Shown piece after piece: positions 37,594-52,120 of a stretch of 64,000 bases of DNA. Made by a program: the position numbers and the translations under genes. Origin of the DNA: Podarcis vaucheri (lineage: Eukaryota); NCBI GenBank assembly GCA_965113315.1, contig OZ220370.1; one strand, 5' to 3'. The notes under the pieces were generated by a model that ran no database searches, was not told where the DNA came from, and worked only from the letters and a program-made list of their open reading frames with translations. How positions within the stretch are numbered: position 1 is the stretch's first letter; each line of letters begins with the position of its first letter.

Positions 37594-38205
37594 TTGAGGA
37601 TGTTTAGGAGTGCTTTTGGAACCATCTTTCTGAATGAAGGGCCAGGCGACCTCTGCAGTAAAGGGTGCCTATCAGCAGCTTTGGACGGTATGTCAACTTC
37701 CTGCCCTGGGCTCTTTTGGTAGGAAGGACAGGATATAAATTCAGTAATTGTTCCTTTTCCTGGACAGAAATAGCTTGGCCACTGTGAACTCATGTTTAGA
37801 CCCGAATTTGGAGAATGCTGTGATGAGTGGTGATGACTGGTTTTTTCCACTGGATTTGTATCACATCACTGCTAAGATATCTTAGCAGTGCCTATTAGCC
37901 ACCTTAGCAGACTGCCTATTAGTCACCAAGCCAATTTTAATATATTTTTGCTTACATATAAAGTTCTAAACAACTCTGGACTTGCAAATGTCACTCTGTA
38001 TTAATTTCTAGGTGATACATTGCATAACCCTCAATTTTATGGTTGTTAAATTCCTTCTGAGAAGTGTGGAATAGCAGCTTAACTGGTCATTCTCTTTCTT
38101 GAAAACAGTAAAATACAGTTCGAGAATTTCAGAGCTAACTTGCATTAATTCTTTTAATATATTACATGCTTGGGACAAAGTGATATAGTAATAATTAATA
38201 CTTAC

Positions 38206-38286
38206 CCGTGTAAAGGTACCTTCAAAGCTGTGAATATCCATTTGTGGCTTCTGAGCATAAACATATGCATTGATTGAAAAAAGATC
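38206..38286 (-). CDS. ATP9B: ATP9B coding exon (81 nt, probably exon 9): [27 protein letters not shown]
   Basis: Acceptor TTCTAG, donor GTAAGT; phase 0-0; matches ATP9B sequence as recalled. Confidence 0.96.
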
Positions 38287-41200
38287 CTAGAACAGATAAT
38301 TTTGAAATATCCATGTATCAAAATGCCACTAATATTGTCAGCAATAAGGCTAATTGGTTAATTGGGCTTGGGTATTGTTACGGATGTTGGAGAGCTGTTG
38401 GGTTTTTTGTATATTTATTTTAGATTTTGTTGTGGTTTATGTGTAAATTATTCAGTATGTCTTTGTATTTTTTGATGTTTAATGTAGTTTATGACTACAT
38501 TTGTTATGTTGTAGCTATGTATTATTTTTTTCATGCCGTAAGCCACCTTGAGCATGGTTTGAACTGTGGAAAGGCGGCATACAAATAAAATTATGTATGT
38601 AATTGGTTATATCCAATGGTGTTTCTCAGGAGATGGAAGGGCTTTTGAAGAGGCATATGTCAGTGGAACAGGGAGACTACAACAAAGGGTCCCTCAAGCC
38701 TTGAGAGGAGATTGCAGCGCTGCAGACAGAGAATCCCACTTCCACTAATGGATGTATTCGCTGGCTTAAAGAGAATCATATCAGTTGGACAGAGACAATT
38801 CAATATTCTTCCCCATAGGTATCTTATAGGGATCAGTACTGCCCTGTTGCTCTCTTCCCTCTCCATCTCACTGTACATGCGCAGAAGCAGCATACCACAA
38901 CATTACAATTTATAGCACAAAATTTCCCTCTCTGTGTACTAGACATTACTAGAGATTATGCACAGGGAAATGATTATTTGTTGGGCATTTATTTTTTTTC
39001 TTGGGCTAAAACCAATACTTAATTAATTGCTCACAGATAAAGGTATATTAAAAACTGTTTAACAGCACATGCCTAGACCTTAATCCCTATCAAACTTTTA
39101 AACATTTTTCTTTTCACAGATGGAGATCAAAAGGTAAATGACAATCTGGAGATACTAACTGATGCATATACATAGTCTAGCTTGCTTCTGCTTTCTAAAC
39201 TCAAGTACAAGAAATAAAATGCCACTAGAGATACAATATGCATATTTTTCCTCTTCAAAATACTTTCAAGTCACTCTCTTATAGAGGAAAGCAGCAATTT
39301 ATACAGGCATATGTTTTGAATACCTGTACAATATATAGTAAAATAATAATACATACTCGTACCCATATACAAAATGTTTACAAAATGAGACTCAGATTCC
39401 ACTGGCTCACAGTAGTTTCTCACTTCCTGGTCTCCCTTGGTGCATATGTTGTTTATGGAATTTTCCCTGGCCATATGGTGATCTTATCCACCTTTGTAAT
39501 TTCTGTGGTTATTCAGTTATATATCCTCAGTGTCATCTAGGGATCTTGAACATTTCCACACTGAGGTGTGTATCTCAGGAACAGTAGTTCTTATATTATG
39601 ATGTTATAATTATTTGTGGGAGATGCTGTTGTGAATTTGTATATCAGTATATTTCATTACTGTCTATTATTGCCAAATATCCCCCCCTTTTTTAAAAAAC
39701 CCAGAAACCAATCTACTCGGATTAATGTATTCAACTAACATCACATACAATGGCACCCACTGGAATCACAACTACAACTCTGGCATGTTTTCCTGTAACA
39801 CTTTGTTTCACAGGGAGAAATGGGCAAGGAGTATATGTATGGGGGGATATAGTTTTGTATTCACTTTGTTGAAAAACCAGTAAAATTATATTTAAAAGGA
39901 TGTATTCAAATTTCTCCTCATTGCATAAGCAAACAATATGGAGAATGTTTCACTTTCCAAGTGGCTGTATGTCCACCACAGTAAATGGCCACTGACTGCA
40001 TCCTTTGCTCCAGGCAAGTAGTAATTTGAACATAGGAACCAGTTTCAATGCATAGAAGTCCCCACTGCACATGATTAATCTTCATAATAAAAAAAGAGTG
40101 CTGATCCAAAGCGCAACAATTGAAATGTAAGGTGCATAGCCTTATGTTGTGTTTGTGAGCATGAAAACACCCCTTTCGTAGTTGTGGGGCCTAAAGTGCA
40201 GACAGTTCCTGCCTCCCCATCATCCTTTTAGCTGTGTGAGTTGAAAAAGCATAGCTATGCTCAGGGATGTTTGGATCAAGTGTACATGTGGTTATTTGAA
40301 AAGTATCAGCAGTAAAAACTAAGCACTTGTAAACACACACATTTTCTATCAGGCATAACTGTTAGATTAAAATGTGATTATGACTATTAAATATAGTTCT
40401 CCATATACATTTTTAAAGAAAAGCAAGCAAAAGTTCCTAACATAATCAACAAGTAAATTTATCAGGATGTTTCCATTTAGTTTTAAAAGACTGCAACTCT
40501 AACCATAGCTTCTTCTTCACATTCTGCTGAATTATTTATGCTTGCTCATATATTTTATTCATATTTTAAGAGAGCAAATCAGATTTCAACATCTTCCATT
40601 ACAAATCATCTGTTTTTATGCTAAATCATCAGCCATTTATTGTAAGCTTTCACACAAACTTCCATTCAGTGCATTTTTGTTCTTCTAAGTTAGTTTTCAT
40701 CAGCCTCTTGAGAAATAATTCATATGAAACTAATACACATGTGGTGTCCTATATCTTCATCATTCAGTTCTTCTCAATCTGTTATCACCTACAATTTAGA
40801 TAATCCAGGCTATTATGTGCTTTATTGTGCACAGAAAAATAAGAGTCTCAGTACAGCAGAAAACTAATACCACACACATACTTGTAATACAATAAAAACT
40901 ATTAATGAAGTGAGCCAAGCACGAAAGTTTTTTTTTTTATACTTTACATACTCTCATGCTTTGCAGAAATGGTTAAGCTGTGAACAAACGAGATCACTTT
41001 AACATTTGCCGTTTTCCTTGAAACAGCATAGCCATCACATCTAAATTGTCAAAAGCAAGGAAAGAGCTAGTTATATATCATGAAAAAAATGATATACCCA
41101 AAGCCTCCATGACAAACTTCAAAATTAGAGAGAGTAAATGTTTATTGTTGATTCTATACCTGTCACCATGCAATTTATTTTAAAACTAAGACTAAAACAA

Positions 41201-44200
41201 TAATGTTTCTAAACTTATTGATTCTCATACACTGTCACTTATGTTTTTTAGACAAGAGAAAATTAAGACCATTTGAATTGGCAAATGTAAGTTAAAAGTA
41301 AGGGGACTTACAACACATTGTATCATGGAAATATAAGATTTAAACAATTATTAGAGAGAGGTTGTTTAGCTGAACATCTCCGTCTAACTTACAGGAAAGC
41401 ATTTTGTAAGGATGCATCTAATTGTTTGCATAAGTCATGAAAGAACTAAATGATGGCACAATAATGACAATGTTTTCCTCTACAGTTCACAATAATAATT
41501 TAGAAATCACTCTAGAGTTATCAATAATGTAGAAAAACCTCGTCTATTAGGTCAAGGGCAACATTTGTTCACCTTACTTAAAGATCATTAAAATACATCC
41601 TTAATCATAACATGCAGTTCATTACAAATAAAATTGCCTCTGGTTCAATAAAACTAATTAAATGTAAATGGTATTGTTTACTGCTGTATGGATCTTTTGA
41701 TATAAATCAGCAAGTCACCATTTATTGAAAATTACAGTGACCTCATTGCTGCTAATAAATTTCCGTGATCATTTAAGCCAGAGAAGAATATCCCAGAATA
41801 TGCACAGTGCAGAAAGACACTATCCCACATATGACTATGAAACCAAGAAACCTAACCTGGGTGTTACAGTTCTTACAGCTCAGCCATCATTAAATGACTT
41901 GTTGAAATTTTAATTCTCTGATCACATTAAGTGGTTTTGGAAGACAACAAAATCTGTACTGATCATCTTTGGTGGTGTCATCTGTTCTTTAAGAAAGCTC
42001 TAAAGGTTTACCGGTTTATTTATTCTGGGTGTCACTGTGGATAAGGTTACAGTCCTACATTGATGATGGAACTGACAGCCCATGACAACACAAGATACAA
42101 TCCTTTACATCGGATAACTACAGAAATCAAAATGAGTGACAGTTATGGACAGTGTATGTTAACTACATGACTATATTGCTTAGTCTACATCTATGCATGC
42201 TCTGTTTCTTTTCCTTTAACTACTACTTTAAATATTAAAAGGAGTGCAATTTCCCAATACTTTTAGGGCGCATGTAGCTGTATCCTTTTTTTTACGTGAA
42301 TTGTGACTACTTAGAACTAGTCTTGTTTAACCCATTTATTCAATGAAAGCTTGACTTTTAAAAGATTTATGTTCTCTATATTAGTAACCTCATATGTTAT
42401 CCCAGAGGTCAGGGCTGAATCCTTGTTAGTGGCATTAAGAATGTACCGGAGTCCAAATTAAACCCTGTTGCTGAGGGTTAAACATTTCCTGAAAGTTAAG
42501 CTTTCTGACTTGGAAAACCCACTTCCTAATTTTGATCACTTCTCCATTAAGGGGTGGGGGCACTCTCTGTTCTCAGAATCATGTGTAAGCATTTGGAATT
42601 GGTTAGTCAAGTGCTTCCCTAAGGACTAGGTCACTGGAGTTGTTGAGGCACAGAATTAAATAAGATTTATCTTGTATATAGGAGGACATGTGTACTCAAA
42701 AAGCTCTCGGACATCTATACTTCTGCTTGCTATTTCCGTGGATGAAGCTAGGAGACAGTAGGCAGCAACTGCTACTGTCTCTCATCAATCCTCCATAAAG
42801 GGTGAAAGATTTAAAAATGCCTTGCAAAAACTTTTACAGAATTACTGATTTCTCTAATGCCTGAATATTTTATGTTCTGTGGACTGCAGGAGAAAGTGGC
42901 AGTAGGATGAGATCTTAAACAGGCAAAGCTGCAATGAATGCAGCGAATGTGGACTGTAGCAGAGGTGAAATTATGAAGCATCTCCTCAGCCATTTTAGAA
43001 ACAGCCCAGCAGGTGGCATTCAAGAATTACTGTAAAACTGAATCAGCCCATCCTCAGCAAAATACAATTCATTTGCTTACATGATAACCAGGAAATCATA
43101 CAATCACAATTTGTGTGTGCGCGTGAGCACTGGGGGTTATACATTATTAAATATATATGACTCAGATGAACTTTGGTGGCAACTATTAAACTGCAAGGAT
43201 TTTTAAGCATTTCATATAATAGGGTTTAGTTAAAAATACACAATTTGAGAGCTTTTAAGTATCTTTGTTTTAAGAAAATCAACTCAGCTGCCCTTCTCTG
43301 GACTCAGTTATTTGGTACCATAGATGCTGTTCAGGACTGCAGCATCTCTCTCAGTCACAGACACAATGTGATGTGCAAAACAGAGAGAGAGGGGGTTCAC
43401 TCTCTGCCATTATTCCATTCTCCCACACAAATTACCCTCTAAGGTCATTTAACAAATTTTGGTGATTCCTGTGACAAATTGTCTCTGAGGTATTTGTAGC
43501 TCTTGTATTTGCAGCATGGCTGTACTCACATATACCTGATTATGTAAAGTAACCCTACCAAATGAATGCTGTAAACATGGCTCCCATAGTTTCTACAGTA
43601 GCAGTAACTCCAGAAAGGGTAGCTATTCCAAAGAACAAAAATCCTTTGGATTCAAGATACTGCATATATTTCAAACAAATATGAGTTTCAAACAAATAGC
43701 AGCATCACTATAGCTGCATATTATTGGTTTTATTTCAGAAAAAAACCTGAGAAATGCATTTACTATTTACTGGGTTAAGCGGAAATACTATTCTTTCGCA
43801 CTAAATAAAAAGCAGAAACTCAAAGTAGCAAATACATCACACTTTAAAAAAAAATTAAAAACTGTATTTTCAGCACAAACTGATGCATATTTTATTCAAA
43901 ATGGAGTCTCACTGTTTTCAATGTAACTTAGTTGAGTGTGCTTATAATTTCAGCCTTAATCTAATTTGTTAATTTCAACTGTGGATTTCATCACACAGGT
44001 GAATAGAGCAGACCATAGTTTATCTTGTTTGAAGGCACACCTGGGTGACTATAGCTGTCAGGTCACAGAAGGCAAATAAGAATGCTCTAAGTTATTTTCT
44101 GTTAGAGTAATGTCACAACTAACTGGAAATAGCCACTGAAGTCCCTACTTTCATTTAGCCAAATGTTTCCAGCTTTATGGTACATATTCTGTATTTCAGG

Positions 44201-44887
44201 ACCAACACACACTGTAACTAAAATCTAAATTGTTGTCTTAGGCTTGCACATTTCTAGTGGGATTTTAGGTTTTTCCCTTTGAACTCATTCCTCATTTCAC
44301 CTTAAGAACTGCTTTTGAAACTTCTTCCAATTTCAAAATCATTCAGCCATGCTGCCTGAGAAACAAATCAGATATCCCTAGGATAACATGTAACAACTTG
44401 TACAGTTTGAAATTAAAATATTTATATTCTACTCATTCCATGCTTGAGGTGCCTTACAACCATAATTATGAACAGCCACTATTTATAAAAACAAAAAAAT
44501 GCAAGCAAGCAAACCATTAGAAAACAACAGCTTGTATATACCAATTCTACCTTTTCTCTTTGAAAGACCACCTTTCAATAAATACTGTAAGCATGTTCAA
44601 TACACTGACAATATTAAAACAATAATTCTTGTCATATTTCCTTGAGCACCACTTTAAATTTAATTACCCGGGCATACAGTAACAGAGAATATAATTAGTG
44701 GGTCTCCAGTAAATGCTGCTACTCCAACTTTAGTGTCTTCTGATCTTATATATACTTACTGTTTATGGAAAGTCAGTGTTATGCACATACAATTTTTTGA
44801 TCTGGAAATTTTAAACACAACTTCTTCATAACATGTATCTGCAGAAGGCACAGTGAAAGAAGTGAAATGTATAACTACAATGCTTAC

Positions 44888-44982
44888 CCCTAAAGCTGGC
44901 AATCTCTGTGTGCAACTAACAGCAACTTTTAGTTTCCAGTCTGTTTCACCATCTAGCTGATCAGTTCGGATAAAACATGAAC
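44888..44982 (-). CDS. ATP9B: ATP9B coding exon (95 nt, probably exon 8): (G)[31 protein letters not shown]
   Basis: Acceptor TTTTTAAG, donor GTAAGC; contains the P4-ATPase signature LDGET. Confidence 0.97.
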
Positions 44983-45743
44983 CTTAAAAATGCAAAAGAA
45001 ACAAAAACATGACAGATGTTTTAGATCCCATTAAAATGGAAATGGACATAAACTATGGAAGCGTTGCTTTTGAAATGTCTTACAGCAACGTTCTTAACTC
45101 TAGTAGGGCACAGGGAAACAAACAGGAAGATTCCCATAGACACAGTGCAAGAGCCAAAGGCATGTGTATGCAAAGTTTTTCTTGAGTTTCCTGAACCTTT
45201 TTAAACTTCACAAAGTTAACATTTTAGGATTCTCACGTCTGACTTGCCTTGGTAGCCAGCAAAACTATATGGCTTCTACTGCTCTTCCTTCAACCCAAGA
45301 GAGAGGGGCAAAGTGCTGTCCCTGCAGTTGTGCTAGACCACACATCTTCAACCCTTTCAGACCCAGGACCCACTTTAAACCCAAACATGCATTTAGGGAC
45401 CCATTTCTTAATCTTTTGCCATATATTTGTTTGGTGGTAGTGCTCCTGCTATGACCCACCTCGGATCACGTCACAACCCACCAGTTGAAGAGCAGTGTGA
45501 TAGAGAAGCTACTGCCTTCAGAGGAACTCTACTTCTTGAAGTCACTGCTTTCAAACTCCAGTGGCACTATAGGCATGAGCTTACCGCCTTTTTTTCAGAG
45601 CTTGTGAGCATTGTGCTTGCATTCAGACTGGGCTTTTGAAGCACTCTGAAGCAGAAGAATCTCTTTGAAGCCTGAGCACTCTGAAGCCCATGGTAAGGTC
45701 AAAGACAAACACACTCATCTCTCACTTTGTGCTTTTGTTAATA

Positions 45744-45985
45744 CAGTGGTACCTCAGGCTACATACGCTTCAGGTTACATACGCTTCAGGTTACAGACTC
45801 CGCTAACCCATAAATAGTGCGTCAGGTTAAGAACTTTGCTTCAGGATGAAAACAGAAATTGTGCTCCGGCGGCACGACGGCAGCAGGAGGCCCCATTAGC
45901 TAAAGTGGTGCTTCAGGTTAAGAACAGTTTCAGGTTAAGAACAGACCTCCGGAAAGAATTAAGTACTTAGCCTGAGGTACCACTG
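45744..45985 (+). mobile_element. Tigger-like MITE, 242 bp
   Basis: TIR CAGTGGTACCTCAGGCTA / TAGCCTGAGGTACCACTG, TA TSD. Confidence 0.9.
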
Positions 45986-47489
45986 TACATAGACTCACTC
46001 CTGGTGAACCCATTTTTGGACTCCTGTTTAACTTAGTAGAGAATGTATCAGCCAAGGTTTTTCTAGCAAATCAGTTTTCCAATATAAGGACCAACCAGCA
46101 GAAAAACTTAAGGGGAAAATTTTCAGTCTTCATGTACTAGCTACATATTAAATGAACTTACTAGGGATGACCAGCACAAACTGACTCCATGTGCTTGGGC
46201 AATTGACTGAGCCACTGGCAGCCATAGGCTAGATCCAGTGGGCTACCAGCTGGTCAATCCTGCTGCAGAAAACAGACTATATCATAAACACAAATCTATT
46301 GTGTAATAATCCTAGTAGACAACTCTACTTTCATCTTGGAAAATTGCTGCCCAAAATGTGCACTGGCAAAAATCCATCTTCCCTTATGTGGCTTGAATCA
46401 TTTTACATTGCCAAGTAAATGCTCACTTGTAGCCTGATTCAAGTGTCAATTTCTCAGAAATAATGGGGAATGATGGAATTAAGAATGGTGTGTTCAAGAA
46501 TGAGATTAAATCAATACATTTTTGGTGCCATACTCAAAGGTCCCTGATGCAAGTAAAATCTAACTAAACCAGCAATTTAAGACTGAAGGCACCTGAAATT
46601 ATAACTAACCTAAAGGTGGAATTTTCACACAATACTCTCTCAGAAGAACTTACAATGTCCAATGTCTACACTATTTTATAAAACATGTAAGAAATAAAAC
46701 TTTTTTTTTAAAAAAAAGACACTTTCATAAAGTACTAAATTTCAAACAATGCTAAATAAAACTTTGGTTCACAGCTGAAAACTACACATGTCCTAAAAGA
46801 CGGGCCGAGGTCTGTATAAAATAATTAACTACTTCTGGAAAATCCAAACATAGTAAGCATTTTTCAGACATAGCTATTGAAATTGAAAACACTGTAAATA
46901 AGCATAAGACAACGTGAGAATGCCACACTCCTATAGTACACTCTAATCAACAGTCTATTTTCCATCATACTTTCCCTATACAAGACATTTCATGGTTCTC
47001 TTTACCCTTCCTGTCAATGGCTGCTCTCATCGATCAATTTCATTTAGAATTATACTATAGATCAATGCAGTTCAAGACCAGTGTGGCTCCTGTGAATGGT
47101 TGACTGCACATATATTCATTTAATAGAGCTCACACTATGACATGTATTGGCCAGCTGCATTTCCTCTCCACTTCAGCAGTTAATTTCATCAATAACTTAT
47201 CTCATAGTCCGTTTCCCTTTTATCCAGAAAAAGAGACTGCTTTGTGCCAAGTCAGCTTTCAATAGTGATCACTACAGCAAAACCTAAACAATAAAACGTC
47301 CTCCTATCCAGGCATTTTGAAATAATTCTTTAGCACTATTGGCAAGACTTTTCAATGTACCAAGACATACTAATTCTTAAGTTTAGATCATGAAAGTTCA
47401 AAAGTATAAAAATTAAACAGGCAACAGCAAAGAACACATAAGAAACAACTAACTGCTGTTAATTTGAATACTTTATTAATAATTTACAT

Positions 47490-47900
47490 AGGCTGAGGTC
47501 ACACATGATGTTAAGCCAAACAATGGCTTGGCATGAAGGATCAAATATGCAGATTCCTAGAAAAAAGAAGCTCATGGTCATTTTGTCCCTGCTGCAGTTC
47601 TGCTGTATTCACATTGCTGTAAGCCAAACCATGGTTACATTTGAACCTGGGCTCATGGTTTAAGAAACCATGAGCTGTAAGCCATAGAACAAACCTTGAC
47701 TACATCTCATGATTTGCCTGGAGCTAAACAAAACAACAAACCTGGATTCAGATGTAACGCTAAAACAAACCATGGTTTAGCTCACAGAAGCACAGGCAGG
47801 CAGGCAAAGAGAAAGAGCAAATATCTTCCCTTTGAGAACTCATGTTTGCTTGTTCTTGCTAAGACATGGTTTGATACTGTTATATGCGAACCAGGTCATA
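47490..47900. repeat. Old interspersed repeat with AACCATGGTT motifs (probable non-autonomous DNA transposon); relatives at ~54000-54130 and ~62180-62605
   Basis: Recurrent AAACCATGGTT and terminal ...ATGCGAACC/ATGCGAACA motifs in copies; boundaries approximate. Confidence 0.45.
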
Positions 47901-48269
47901 GTTTGCATACCGCTTGCCAAACTGAAACTGCAGTCATCCACAGCTATGACAAATAAACAATTCCTTTAGAAATGAGAGGTGAAAATAATTATATTTATTT
48001 ATATTTATACTTATTTCCTTGTTTCTAATCTCATCACCTTATTGGAACCATACTTTCAAACTTTTCTCTATGACTACAAGGGTTTAATTTTTAGTTTGAT
48101 TTTTAACATAAAGGATCCAATACAGAAATAAAAATTGAAAAATTGAAGCTCCATACCAATATTCATTTTTTTGACTTAAATGTTGCATAATTGGTGAAAA
48201 TTGGAAGATATTAAGACTCTAGCATTAATTGTTGTCTAGTATTGATTTCTTTTGATTTCATCAACTATG

Positions 48270-48500
48270 GCATCCCTCTGACCTGCTTATCTGGGTTTTG
48301 CTTGGGAGAAATGGTGTTATGGGAGTCCTTCCCTAAGTGATCTCAGAAGGTGGTGCTGGGGCTGTTGGCTTATGGGGTGTGTCAGTTTTCCACCTTGCCC
48401 CCTATGCTTTTTAACATCTACATAAAACCACTGGGAGAAGTAATCTGGTAGTATGGGCTAAAGTGTCAGCAGTATGCATATGACACTCAATACTATCTAT
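48270..48500 (+). mobile_element. L2-clade reverse-transcriptase relic
   Basis: Translates to PMLFNIYIKPLGEVIW*YGLKCQQYAYDTQYYL (decayed QYADDTQLY). Confidence 0.75.
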
Positions 48501-49272
48501 TTTTAAAGACATATTCCACTCCTCATTACAGGTGATCTTGGGGTGGGTCAAAACAAAATATAACACAATAAAAACAAAAACAAAATAGAATACACTTTAA
48601 AAACAGGCACCACCCCTCATCCAAATAAGAATTAGCCATCCTCTGAACCCAATCAGTCAACCCCCCTCAGTCACTCAGGACTATCTGGGGTTCTCTAACA
48701 CATCAGAGACCGCTATATTTGTCATTAGTACAGTCAATCATTCTACTTTTCAAAGCTCAGAGAGGTTTACATGGGACTTCTGTTTATCTAAGCACTGATG
48801 TTATCTGCACACACTTAATAACATTGCATAATCATTGGGTGCTCCCAATCCACTCACTAGACCACTGCTACCAATACCAATCTGATCTCTCATCCTCCAG
48901 TATTATGCACAGGCTTTGCAAATAAGTTCATCAGTAGCCTGTCTACTAAAACATGCATGAATTTACAAGAGAAAGTCAAGAGTTACATGACAGCCTCTCA
49001 TTGCTGCTTCCCCTTTACAAAGTTTAATAGATCAAAGACCCATATTAATAAGACATTGCAAAATGAACCTTCCAAGATTTCCAGTGGTCAGCTGACCTGC
49101 TCATGCTGATCAAAAGAAGGGGTGGAGTAGGTAGTCTGTGTCAGTGCATTTTCATTCCTCCACTTCACCCTCGCCTAGAGTCAGAGACATGGTGCAGCTA
49201 GCTAGCCATGCAGCTTAGTTTACTTCCATCTGATATCCCCCCTGCCCAGTGTGTGAACTATAGGAAGAATAA

Positions 49273-49660
49273 GGGGAGCGGATGGCACTGTGGTCTAAAG
49301 CCTGAGCCTCTTGGTCTTGCTGATTGGAAGGTCGGCAGTTCGAATCTGCACGACAAGGTGAGCTCCCATTGCTCTGCTCCTCTGTGTTGTACCTAGCTTC
49401 TGCGAACCTAGCAGTTCCAAAGCACACCAGTGCAAGTAGATAAATAGGTACTGCTGCAGTGGGAAAGTAAATAGCATTTTCGTGTGCTCTGATTTCCATC
49501 ACGGTCCTTTATGCGCCAGTAGCGGTTTAGTCATGCTGGCCACATGACCCAGAAAGCTGTGGACAAACGCCGGCTCCCTCGGCCTGAAGCCAGATGAGCA
49601 CCACAACCCCATAGTCGCCTTTGGCTGGACTTAACCGTCCAGGGGTCCTTTACCTTTTAC
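49273..49660 (+). mobile_element. Sauria SINE, older subfamily (same type as 37215-37593)
   Basis: Core GCAAGTAGATAAATAGGTAC, tail CCTTTACCTTTTAC; TSD AGGAAGAAT at 49262-49270 and 49661-49669. Confidence 0.88.
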
Positions 49661-50537
49661 AGGAAGAATTCAAGTCTGCCACTGAACCCAGAAAGATGAG
49701 TTATAAACAGGGCTACAAAGCAGCAAAAAGATACTGAGGGAACAAAATGGAAAAATAGAGAAAAGTGTGTGTAAATAGGAAGCCACCTCCACAAACAGCA
49801 GAAATTTCTGTCAAAAGTGTGTCTATCAAAAAATGCTTGTGTATGCAGAGAGAGGTAGCATAATGCTCTGCCCCTTCCCTTTGGCCAATCTTGCCATGAC
49901 TGGGCGGTCTACAAGGGCTGGGATTTTAGTTCTGTCAAAACAAGTTATGGATGAGACTTGAGCTGATCCTATACAAGGCAAATTTCTCCCAAACTGGGAT
50001 TCAAGGTATATGCTGGTCACCCTTCAGGCTGAAGGAGTCTTTTCCATATTGGCATATTTTTTGCTTTCCCTGGAGTAGTCTTTCATATGATATTTCTGCA
50101 TTAGCCTTGTCATATTAAGAAAATAAAAGTCAACTCCTTAGGAGATACCAGCCCATTCCACTTTCAGAATTTTTATCTTGAAGCAGGACTGACCATCCAG
50201 TTTTTGCTAAATATAGAATTATTTAGTATTAGCTGGGTAAGTCATTTGACTCGGGAATTAATGCTCAAGGCAGGAGGTATAAAAAATAAAGAACTCCTTA
50301 TGAAAAACAGGAAGTTGCAAGCATTATTTTTATTCAGATAAGATACACTGTTAAACATGAATATGAATCAATGATTTGCTGAGATAAAAGCTGAATATTT
50401 TGGAAAACTTCAATTAATAATTTTGCAATATTACAAACTAGCTGCAAATAAACACAAGGAGAGCTGAATATATATGTAAAACTTCAATTAAAATGGGGGG
50501 GGGGCAACCCTAAGCTAGATAAATCGTTGTTTTGTCT

Positions 50538-50577
50538 TGTACCTAAGGTAAAATTATGTACCTAGGGTAAAATTATG
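50538..50577. repeat. 19-bp tandem duplication TGTACCTARGGTAAAATTA x2
   Basis: Direct read, one mismatch. Confidence 0.85.
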
Positions 50578-52046
50578 CTCTCATTTTCTCTTTGTATTAA
50601 AGCTATAACCATGATGCTTTAAATCAATTATTCAGAAAGCCTCAAATTTTCAACATGATGCAACTGAGTAAGATTTGATTTACTTTTTTTAAAAAGAATG
50701 AGATTATGCTAACATGTTCTCCTTTTATGCCACCGTGCAGCTAAGGCTGTATAAATAGAAGCTATTCTGTCTGTATTCTCTCTCAAGTGTTGTGTCTGAT
50801 AAATTTTTCACAAATGAGAACATTAGCTACAACTAATGCCAGTTAAGCCTCACCAAAACTGAATTATTAAATCTTCTTGCCTATATCCTGTTACAGACTT
50901 CTTATGAATACTTGATTTTATTTTGTATAATTGACAAGACTTGTCAGGAAAGGGTGGTTTTAATGGCAATCAAATTAAGATCAACTGGTATAAGTGTCAC
51001 AATGAAGAGTCTGTGTCAAGTGCTGAAGAATTAATTGATGGGTTATTGAGAAACAAGGCATGTGAAGCTGTCATAAAGTGTTGTAATATTAGCAACCTGC
51101 TTGCTATGAGTCAGAAACTAAGAGCCCAGGGTTTTATGTCTACACAGAACAAAAGTTTATTTTAAATCATTTATATCACTATATTGCAGGGACATTTTAA
51201 GCAGCTGACAAGCTGAAGAGCACCACTGAGTTGACATGTTGGGGATACAGAGCTTCATTTACTATATTCAGAAGAAAAGTTCCGCTTTGATAGCTTATGG
51301 TAAAAAGGAACTGTAATATATGACAAATATTTATGCCATAATGTTGTCACACTTGGGACACAGGGAAAAACATATTGACATTTATAAGAGATTGATGAAA
51401 ATTAGTTCTAAAGCATTAATTTTTCCTAATACCACTGAAAGAACTATGTTCACTCAGGAGATATTTGATCTGAATTAAGAAACTGATGAAGCAATTGATT
51501 AATTGGAATTTAAGCCATCAGTCACTGGATCCATCAACAGAATCATTTACATTCTAAACAATCAGCTTATGGTCCAATAGGATACCATGTATTAATACAC
51601 AGTCAATATGATACCCCTGAACTCATCACAATTCCTTATTGACAAGCACACAGATGCTTTTAATCCAAGCTTGATCACGCTGCATATATTTTAGGGGTCT
51701 TATATTGACTCTGTACGTTTTAGGAATTTTTATTTTATTAAATACATTACAGAATTATTTTGCATTCACTGAGCATCATCCAGAGAAAAGGAGATATTTA
51801 AAGCATCTGCCCACGTTCTTAAATTCTAATTATACAATTTATATCCTCTTTAGAAGTAGAAGCACATCCCAAACCTTCCTTTTCTTGAAACATTTAAAAA
51901 ATCAAAAGGGTTAAAGCACGCAAATTGTCATGCGCAAGCAATGAATTCATTTTAAAATTATATCCCATTTTTGAGAATCACTGAAAACAGGACAATTGTG
52001 ATAGACATAATCCTAACTAGTTTAAATTTATATACTGGAACTAATC

Positions 52047-52120
52047 AGAGTTGGAAGGGACCATGAGGGTCATCTAGTCCAACCCCCTGCAAAGTAGGAA
52101 TCTTTCATCCAATGTGGGGG
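52047..52120 (-). mobile_element. 3' fragment of the same CR1-tailed SINE family
   Basis: AGAGTTGGAAGGGACCATGAGGGTCATCTAGTCCAACCCCCTGCA is the reverse complement of the 30678 tail. Confidence 0.7.
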
